A stretch of 57,007 bases of DNA from an uncultured Pseudomonadales bacterium (GTDB lineage: Bacteria > Pseudomonadota > Alphaproteobacteria > UBA2136 > UBA6156), in assembly GCA_964601735.1 (NCBI GenBank), contig CAZROO010000005.1, positions 1-57,007 of the forward strand. The letters run 5' to 3'. Below, in pieces: positions 50,991-57,007 of this stretch. The position numbers were made by a program, and so were the translations under genes. How positions within the stretch are numbered: the stretch's first letter is position 1; every line of letters starts with the position of its first letter. Under the pieces are notes generated by a model. The model was not told where the DNA came from and searched no databases. It saw nothing but the letters and a program-made list of their open reading frames with translations.

Positions 50991-51383
50991 ATGCCATTCA
51001 TCCAAAGCCTTATGGCCGATGTCGAAAACCTTACACTCATCGAAGCGCTGCGCTTCGTGAAGAGCCACCACGTCTCGCACTTGAATGCCAAGCAAACAGA
51101 GGTAAAACTCAACTCCACCTGGCCAGTCGAAAAAAAGCAGGAAGTTCTAAAACTGCTTGAAAAAAACACGGTCAACGTCAAGCTGCAGCATATCGACACC
51201 TCACCAGAGGGCCGACTAAACATGCAATTGCTTATTCCGGCTCCCCCGGATGAAGTTCAGCAAGCCATCAGCTACATCTGCAAGCATACCAAAACCGCCC
51301 GTGTTTTCGAGCGTGGTACGGCCCATATCCGCACACGCCCAAAAGGCGAACCTCGACAAAAATATGCTACAGCGAACGCTTAG
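50991..51383 (+). CDS. Hypothetical protein (~130 aa; possible ACT/ferredoxin-like fold)
   Basis: AAGGA RBS, CTTGAA promoter-like element at 50910, own terminator. Confidence 0.6.
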   Translation: MPFIQSLMADVENLTLIEALRFVKSHHVSHLNAKQTEVKLNSTWPVEKKQEVLKLLEKNTVNVKLQHIDTSPEGRLNMQLLIPAPPDEVQQAISYICKHTKTARVFERGTAHIRTRPKGEPRQKYATANA

Positions 51384-51395
51384 CTCGCACAGCAA

Positions 51396-51423
51396 AAAAG
51401 GGCGGCCACCAGGCCGCCCTTTT
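51396..51423. terminator. Bidirectional terminator
   Basis: AAAAGGGCGGCC-acca-GGCCGCCCTTTT. Confidence 0.88.
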
Positions 51424-51424
51424 C

Positions 51425-51772
51425 TTATGCCGCTATCAGGCGATTCAACGCCGCTTTCACCGCGTCGATGTCATGCACCCGGCTTACATTTGTATCCGTG
51501 TGCAAGCCGTGTTTACGGAGAGAGCCTTCATCGCCGGTCCACAGTAGAACCGGCAAGTTCGACTGCCAACCCCGCCGTATCTCGCGCCACAGGTCGGCAA
51601 CGGTTCCGTCCTGGTAAGTCTCGCTCGCCACGACAAAATCGTAGCGCTCGGCCCGAACCGCCTGCATGGTAGTGTGCACCTTGCCGCAGTCCTTTACCGC
51701 ATGCTCATTGCGCAGGGCCTTCTTAAGCTCCCAGCGCACCTTCCAGTCACCCAGTGCAATCAGAATCCGCAT
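51425..51772 (-). CDS. Stand-alone receiver-like (pseudo-receiver) domain
   Basis: MRILIALGD...RYDFVVAS...DLWREIR...LPVLLWT follows the REC topology; the phospho-Asp and conserved Lys are absent. Confidence 0.7.
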   Translation of the reverse strand: MRILIALGDWKVRWELKKALRNEHAVKDCGKVHTTMQAVRAERYDFVVASETYQDGTVADLWREIRRGWQSNLPVLLWTGDEGSLRKHGLHTDTNVSRVHDIDAVKAALNRLIAA

Positions 51773-51876
51773 AGCGGAACTCCCTATGAAATGTTTCGAT
51801 ACATCCTTACGAGGCCCATATAGGACAAAAAAGCACGGTTTCAAATAAAAAATGGGGTACCCCCTACCCCCGCTGG

Positions 51877-51949
51877 CCCACGTTGGCCCGGCGCACCAGA
51901 TCAAAAAGAAGAAGTCACCCGTAAAATCGCCGGGACAATGACGGGGCTA
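51877..51949 (+). repeat. Partial inverted copy of the structured element at 55340-55529
   Basis: Two blocks (17/18 and 21/22 identical) in the same order and with similar spacing as on the minus strand of 55451-55520. Confidence 0.75.
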
Positions 51950-52034
51950 TGGTTAGGCTACTCGGCTTTCTCCCAGCGACCTTACCTTGACCCCAAGCAG
52001 AATACACGTCCATCTCCGCTGCATGAAAGAGCGC

Positions 52035-52345
52035 CCCCGGCGCAGGCCGGGGTCTTGTCCGGGTAAATCGCTATAACACCGCCTATCCCCGGAAAATCGC
52101 AGCCACACAAATCCAATAAAAACGGCAGCCGCAAAATCCGCGATTTATCCGGGGTCTTATCCAGACAAGCCGCCATAAACACTGCCGTCATGCCACCCCC
52201 TTAGGGGGTAGGCATCCACGGGGGCGTGGTTATGGCAGAGCACCAACAAAGTCCTCCGTCATGCCCGCGCAGGCGGGCGCATCCAGGGGCTAAGCTCACA
52301 GGCCTAAATACTCACCGCCTCATCCTGACGCAGACCGGGATCCAC
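52035..52345 (+). repeat. Cluster of four REP-like palindromes
   Basis: CCCCGGC-GCAG-GCCGGGG (52035); GTCATGCC..AGGCATCCAC (52187); GTCATGCCCGC-GCAG-GCGGGCGCATCCAG (52258); CTCATCCTGAC-GCAG-ACCGGGATCCAC (52319). Confidence 0.7.
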
Positions 52346-52361
52346 CAGGTAACAGGTTTAC

Positions 52362-53912
52362 CTACTGCGAAGCCAGCAGCGTCATCGGGTCAACCGCCTG
52401 CGCCTGGCGGCGTAGCGCAAAATACAGCTGCGGCTTGTCCACGTTGCCGGTGGCACCACTCAGAGCAATCACCTGGCCCTTCTTGATCTCGTCGCCCTTG
52501 CTCACCAGCAGTTGGGTATTGTGGGCATAGGCGCTGAACAGGCCGTTGGCATGGCGGATAATCACCAGGCTACCATAGGTTTTCAGCCCGCTACCCGCGT
52601 ACAGAACGGTGCCGTTGTCGGTCGCCACCACCGGCGTGTTGGGCGGCACGGCAATATTAATGCCTTCCTGCTTCACGCCGCCGCCCTGGTTGCCGAACTT
52701 GCGAATCACCTGCCCGTGCACCGGCCACGCCAGCCCCTTGCTGCGGGCGGCCACCGGGTCGATCTTGCCCTTGTTGAAGGCGGCCTTCACCTCATCCACC
52801 GCGGTCTTGGCGGGCACGGGGTTCGCTTCGGCGGTTTCATCCTCCTCATGAGGCACCACCCGGGCAGACGCAGACGAGGCACTGGCAGAACCAGCTTCGG
52901 CGGTCTTCACCTGTTCATGCACCGGAACCTTCACCACCATGCCGCTCTTCAATTGCTGCGGCTGGCTGAAATTATTGGCGGTCATCACGTCCAACACGCT
53001 GGCGCCGTACGCATGTGCAATACGGTAAACCGTCTCGCCCTTCTTCACCGTGTGGTTCATCACCTTCACATCGTTGGCAGCGGGTTGGGCCGGGGCCTGC
53101 TTCTTCGGCCCGGCGGCGGGCTCGATACTGGCCATTTTTTCTTCAGCCGCGTCAGCGGCGGCCAACTCAACAGGCTTCACCACCTCGGCCTTGGTCTCGG
53201 CAGGGGCCATCGAACCCGTAGAACCACTCACCGGCGGCAGCAATTTGGGCGTTTGAACCAAAGGTGCACTGTTTTGTGCCAGTTGCGCATCATTTTGAAC
53301 CGTTTGCACACCGTTTTGCGATGCTGGAACGACACCCAAACGACGGTTGAGCGCCACCTGCGCATCACTCGGCGCGCCCGCCACCTTGGTGCCCGAGGGA
53401 ATCTCCAGGTTCTTGCCCACTACCAAATCGGCAGTGCTATCCATATGATTTGCTTTAAGAATTGCGTCCGGCGTGGTGTCATAGCGCCGCGCCAGGCGGT
53501 ACACGGTTTCGCCCGGCTGCACCACGTGCATCACAACCCCTTGAGAAACATCATGATTTTTACTCCAATCCTGCACCAGGCTCTGTTTTTCGGGTATCGA
53601 TGCCGCCGCCTTGGTCGGCTTGCTGGAGGGCCCAGATGCAGGGCTAATGCTTTGTAAATCCTCTTCTTTTACGCTAGATGGAGCGGTCTGGGCAGCAGGC
53701 TGGCTCACCGCCATGCTCCCCTCGCCGGCCTTGGCGCTCACCTCACGGGTAAGCGAAAAATGGCTGTTTTGCTGGGGTTCTTCACCAATACCCAGCACCT
53801 TGTTGCTATTCTGATAGCCGCTCACCACCGGCGCGGGCGTGGTCTGCGCGCACCCCACCAACATAAACATAACCCCGTAAATTATTGCTTTGTTGTGTAT
53901 TTTTTGCATCAT
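52362..53912 (-). CDS. nlpD: NlpD-like lipoprotein: two LysM domains plus M23 domain
   Basis: LVGC lipobox; HVVQPGETVY and HTVKKGETVY LysM; WPVHG..., EGINI, SAYAHN, QLYFALR (M23 lacking the Zn ligands, as in amidase activators). Confidence 0.9.
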   Translation of the reverse strand: MMQKIHNKAIIYGVMFMLVGCAQTTPAPVVSGYQNSNKVLGIGEEPQQNSHFSLTREVSAKAGEGSMAVSQPAAQTAPSSVKEEDLQSISPASGPSSKPTKAAASIPEKQSLVQDWSKNHDVSQGVVMHVVQPGETVYRLARRYDTTPDAILKANHMDSTADLVVGKNLEIPSGTKVAGAPSDAQVALNRRLGVVPASQNGVQTVQNDAQLAQNSAPLVQTPKLLPPVSGSTGSMAPAETKAEVVKPVELAAADAAEEKMASIEPAAGPKKQAPAQPAANDVKVMNHTVKKGETVYRIAHAYGASVLDVMTANNFSQPQQLKSGMVVKVPVHEQVKTAEAGSASASSASARVVPHEEDETAEANPVPAKTAVDEVKAAFNKGKIDPVAARSKGLAWPVHGQVIRKFGNQGGGVKQEGINIAVPPNTPVVATDNGTVLYAGSGLKTYGSLVIIRHANGLFSAYAHNTQLLVSKGDEIKKGQVIALSGATGNVDKPQLYFALRRQAQAVDPMTLLASQ

Positions 53913-53921
53913 ATCTCCCTC

Positions 53922-54509
53922 CTAAGATGCGTACTGCCACAGGTATTTGATGAGAATGAAAAACAGCAGCAAACCCAGCGAAATCGACATGGTCAACGCC
54001 GCCAAGTTACGTTCAATCCACTCCTTAAAGCGTGGCCCACCCCGCCATAAAAGCCAAGAAATAAGCCAAAAACGGGCACCCCGCGCAATCAGCGTTGCCA
54101 TTAAAAAGGCGGGCAGCTGGGCCCCCAACACACCGCTACCGATGGCCACCGCCTTGAACGGCAGCGGCGAGAACCCGGCAGTGGCGACAACCGCCACATC
54201 GTACCCCTGATACCAGGTTTTAAGGGCATAAAAAAAGCTCTCAAATCCATAACTTGCAGCAATCGGCTCAATGAAAATCCGGGCCACCAGATTACCCAGG
54301 ATATAGCCGCCAAGCGCACCCGCCACGCTGCCCAGCGTGGCCACCAGGGCGTAGCGGAAAGCCCTGTCCGGGTTGATGAGAGACATCGGCACCAGCAGCG
54401 ATTCAGCGGCTGCGGGGGCAAAGGCGGACTCGGCCATCGACATGAAAAACAAGGCATTTTCTGCCTGCGGTTGCTGGGCGTAGCCCGCCATGCGGTCTTT
54501 AAGAGTCAT
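53922..54509 (-). CDS. YqaA/DedA-family membrane protein
   Basis: SMAESAFAP...LLVPM, TLGSVAG, GFSPLPFK, ARGARF; start set at MTLKDR. Confidence 0.9.
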   Translation of the reverse strand: MTLKDRMAGYAQQPQAENALFFMSMAESAFAPAAAESLLVPMSLINPDRAFRYALVATLGSVAGALGGYILGNLVARIFIEPIAASYGFESFFYALKTWYQGYDVAVVATAGFSPLPFKAVAIGSGVLGAQLPAFLMATLIARGARFWLISWLLWRGGPRFKEWIERNLAALTMSISLGLLLFFILIKYLWQYAS

Positions 54510-54728
54510 ACGATGGGCAGTATACCATTGGAATTTACAAGGCCCACCACGGGCCAGGACAAAGCGTGCGGAAGTGATGCAGCACTGTCGCAGTATTGTC
54601 GGTCCGGCGTGCACGGCTGTCGGTTTTACTCCCGTAAATGTGCGCAACCGGCGCGAAAGTGTCGCAGCCTTGTCATTTTATGAAAAAAATGCGCCGGAGA
54701 GAGCCCGGCGCGGTCGCGATGGTTGGGT

Positions 54729-55214
54729 TTACACTGGTAGAGAAGACAACTTTGGCACCTTGTGCTCGGCGATGATCATGTCTGCCGACCAGGGCTGCCC
54801 CCAGACGTTCATTCCACCGGGTGTGAAGCGGGTACACCGGATGTTCTTCACCAGAACCTGGCGAGGCTGACCGGGAGTGTGAAGCACCAGGCCGCGCAGC
54901 CCACCTCCGTCGATGGGATCAGCCGGTGGGCATTCCAGCCACGAGAGCATGGGAGGATATTCCCGGCCCTCCATTGACAGTGGCGTATGCAACTTGAACC
55001 AGTGAATGGGCCTGCCATCCTTTTCGGTTTTTTCCTCTTGAACAAAGTGGGGACTGCCACGGAGCCGCAAGAGCTGAGCCTGGTGTTCATCCACCGTACA
55101 CCCGCGCCAGACCAGGTGGCTGGGAACAGCGGAAGTTAAGGACGTCGGCAGGTTGTACATGCAGACATTGAAAGCCGCGCCGAGGGTGCGGCGGAACGAT
55201 TCAGCGAAGTCCAT
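54729..55214 (-). CDS. YecM-like VOC-family protein
   Basis: HLVWR..., DGRPIHWFKLHTPL..., WLECPP resembles the YecM GRPI.LFKL..PL...ELP.P pattern. Confidence 0.6.
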   Translation of the reverse strand: MDFAESFRRTLGAAFNVCMYNLPTSLTSAVPSHLVWRGCTVDEHQAQLLRLRGSPHFVQEEKTEKDGRPIHWFKLHTPLSMEGREYPPMLSWLECPPADPIDGGGLRGLVLHTPGQPRQVLVKNIRCTRFTPGGMNVWGQPWSADMIIAEHKVPKLSSLPV

Positions 55215-55339
55215 AAGGAATCCTTGGGGTAAGAGCGGTGATTGGAAAAAGGGAGAAGTAGTTCACGCCTGTATAACGCCGCACCGTTTTTAACGGAACC
55301 CCCTCGCCCAACAACCGGGCCAAAAAGAGGGCCGCTATT

Positions 55340-55529
55340 TCCGCCTGCCCCCACGTTGGCCCGTACCCACCGAAGCGGGTGGGGGAGCCCAAGTGAACGC
55401 AAGGCCGGCGTCGGGGTTATACGGGCGGCATGGGCACCATTCGCAAGTCGTAACCCCGTCATTGTCCCGGCGGGCAACGGCATTGATCTCCCCTGTTTCC
55501 GGGCGCCGGGCCAACGCGGGGCAGGCGGA
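55340..55529 (-). ncRNA. Rod-shaped structured RNA candidate, 6S RNA-like
   Basis: 22-bp closing stem with G.U pair, internal stems GGGGAG/CTCCCC, GCCGG/CCGGC and CGGGGTTA/TAACCCCG, central internal loop, cUUCGg side hairpin on the minus strand. Confidence 0.55.
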
Positions 55530-55576
55530 GGTTTTTTCATACGTATTACCTAAATAAAGAACCGCCTGTTAACAAA

Positions 55577-55602
55577 GAAAACCGGCCTTGCGGCCGGTTT
55601 TC
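55577..55602 (-). terminator. Terminator after pal
   Basis: GAAAACCGGCC-GCAA-GGCCGGTTTTC (minus strand). Confidence 0.88.
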
Positions 55603-55615
55603 CAAATCTGCAGAA

Positions 55616-56128
55616 CTATTGCAGCACGAGCACGCCGCGGCGGTTCTTGCCCCAGCAGGCTTCGTTGTGTTCGTCGCAGGTCGGACGTTCCTTACCGTAG
55701 CTCACGGTGTTGAACTGGCCGGCGTCCATGCCCAGGCCCACCAGGTAGCGCTTCACGCTCACGGCGCGGCGGTCGCCCAGGGCCAAGTTGTATTCGCGGG
55801 TGCCGCGTTCGTCGGCGTGGCCTTCGATCGTCACGCCCTTGACGCCGTTATCCTTGGCGAAGGAAGCGAATTTTTGCAGGGTGCCTTGGGCATCACCGCG
55901 GATATCGGACTTATCGTAGTCGAAGTAGACGATGTTGAGGCCGCTGGAAGCAAACTTGCTCTTGACGTCTTCGGAGTTGGCGCCGGCGCCGTTGGCGTAT
56001 TCGCCGCTGCCGTACTTGCTGCCCTTGGCAACCGGGGCAACGTTCAAATCGGGGCTCTTGAGGCAGGAGCAGGCGGACAGAGCCGCAACAACCGCAACGA
56101 GGCCGGCCTTGGTGATGAGTTTGTTCAT
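55616..56128 (-). CDS. pal: Peptidoglycan-associated lipoprotein Pal (OmpA-like)
   Basis: LSAC lipobox; VYFDYDKS, EGHADERGTREYNLALGDRRA, VSYGKERP, KNRR. Confidence 0.95.
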   Translation of the reverse strand: MNKLITKAGLVAVVAALSACSCLKSPDLNVAPVAKGSKYGSGEYANGAGANSEDVKSKFASSGLNIVYFDYDKSDIRGDAQGTLQKFASFAKDNGVKGVTIEGHADERGTREYNLALGDRRAVSVKRYLVGLGMDAGQFNTVSYGKERPTCDEHNEACWGKNRRGVLVLQ

Positions 56129-56444
56129 GGGTACATACCTTCTGTTGTCTAATTTCGTCTGCCTTAAGGGCCTACAACCCGCCACGGGAACGGGTCTGAG
56201 CGCACCATAAGCACCACCGGCACGCTTGGCAAGGGTCTAAACACCCGCCTTTATGTGTTTTTTTCAAACGTGCATACCGGTTATGCAAGGGGCTGTGACA
56301 ATGTTGCCAAATGAAAGCTTGGTGTAAGCGAATAATGAGCCTGGGCGGCGTTTACAGGTTGTTTACGCGCGGCAACAGCTTCGGGTACAGCACCTTTACA
56401 GTGCTACCCTTAAACTGGTCTTATCAACAGAAAGGAACATGGCC

Positions 56445-56699
56445 ATGCAAAGGGTGGTAAAGAATGGAGTGATTTTGGCCATTGTCGCCGGGATCCTGGG
56501 CTTGGCGGCCTGCGGTGAAACCCAAAGCGACCGGGCGCTAAGTGGCGCCGGGATTGGTGCCGGTGTTGGTGCGCTGGGCGCCGCGGCACTGGGCGGTAAT
56601 GCACTGAGTGGTGCCGCGCTGGGCGGCATTGTGGGCGCCGGGACGGGCGCGCTGACCAGCCCGCGCGATATTGATTTGGGCGCACCGTGGTGGAGATAG
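56445..56699 (+). CDS. Small glycine-zipper lipoprotein
   Basis: LAAC lipobox; DRALSGAGIGAG..., LGAPWW; AAGGA RBS. Confidence 0.85.
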   Translation: MQRVVKNGVILAIVAGILGLAACGETQSDRALSGAGIGAGVGALGAAALGGNALSGAALGGIVGAGTGALTSPRDIDLGAPWWR

Positions 56700-56805
56700 G
56701 CTAACAGGGTCACAGGATAACAGGGTTACGGAAAAAGGGGGGCAGGAAAACCGCCTTTTCAGGCGGCTTTTCCTTCCTGTCACCTGTGACCCTGTTATCC
56801 TTTAA
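56697..56805. repeat. Octamer arrays flanking a terminator hairpin between convergent genes
   Basis: TAGGCTAA-CAGGGTCA-CAGGATAA-CAGGGTTA, inner GGAAAACCGCCT-tttc-AGGCGGCTTTTCC, then CCTGTCA-CCTGTGA-CCCTGTTA-TCCTTT. Confidence 0.75.
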
Positions 56806-57007
56806 GCCGTTTACTGCAGGCGCTCCAGTACTGGGGCCACTTCTGGGTTCCAGTTTTGCCTGCGGCCTTGTCGGCCCTCCACCGGCGGCCACATTCCTTT
56901 ATGCGGTTGGTATTGGCCTTTTGCGCCATGCTCATCGGCCGCTTGGCCCTTTTATGGTGTAACGGCCCGTGGCGCGCCGGTGAATGCGCCGTGGGCCCGG
57001 CGGCCGG
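56795..57007 (-). CDS. Partial (5'-truncated by window edge) hypothetical protein with a C-terminal two-Cys helical domain
   Basis: Open frame from the edge ending RIKECGRRWRADKAAGKTGTQKWPQYWSACSKRLKG*; a PsiF-like C..W...KW..W..C pattern seen in alphaproteobacterial exported proteins. Confidence 0.7.
   Translation of the reverse strand, partial: PAAGPTAHSPARHGPLHHKRAKRPMSMAQKANTNRIKECGRRWRADKAAGKTGTQKWPQYWSACSKRLKG

Noticed and set aside
51780-52360. CRISPR array
   Set aside because: Repeats are short, divergent and irregularly spaced without unique equal-length spacers; no cas genes
51982-52486. Small ORFs 51982-52191 and 52226-52486
   Set aside because: They run through repeat DNA or overlap nlpD antisense, with no RBS or codon bias
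55136-55553. ORFs over the 55.2-55.55 kb intergenic region
   Set aside because: Low-complexity translations of the structured element; an RNA interpretation fits better

Overview
A GC-rich bacterial chromosomal window. Gene content and order indicate an alphaproteobacterium-like organism: rpoZ-spoT-acpS-lepB-rnc-era-recO, recG/sdhE-mfd, pepA-holC-ndk, lptFGD, yajC-secDF, kdsA-ftsB, ssb/uvrA and a two-domain dCTP deaminase. It is mostly a housekeeping backbone with one tRNA-Pro(CGG) and an autotransporter. No transposase, integrase, prophage or CRISPR array is visible. The interesting signals lie outside the gene names. (1) A 26-29 nt palindromic repeat (GTCAT.CC..GAAG/GCAG..GG.ATCCA) is inserted in-frame three times in uvrA, giving PAKAGI-like peptides, and is clustered in one intergenic region. 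(2) Degenerate 7/8-mer tandem arrays start at or across stop codons, form inverted pairs, and also lie in-frame in mfd and uvrA. (3) A ~190 nt rod-shaped 6S-like ncRNA candidate has an inverted partial copy 3.5 kb away. (4) A run of orphan genes each carries a sigma32-like promoter. (5) Basic DNA-binding-type tails are appended to Ndk (histone H1-like) and PepA (AT-hook). (6) There are two degenerate pseudo-proteins (PanC-like and receiver-like). (7) Metabolic genes are repeatedly absent from conserved neighbourhoods (eno, pdxJ, purMN and others), hinting at a streamlined or host-dependent lifestyle. All family calls are motif recognition by eye; no database search was run.
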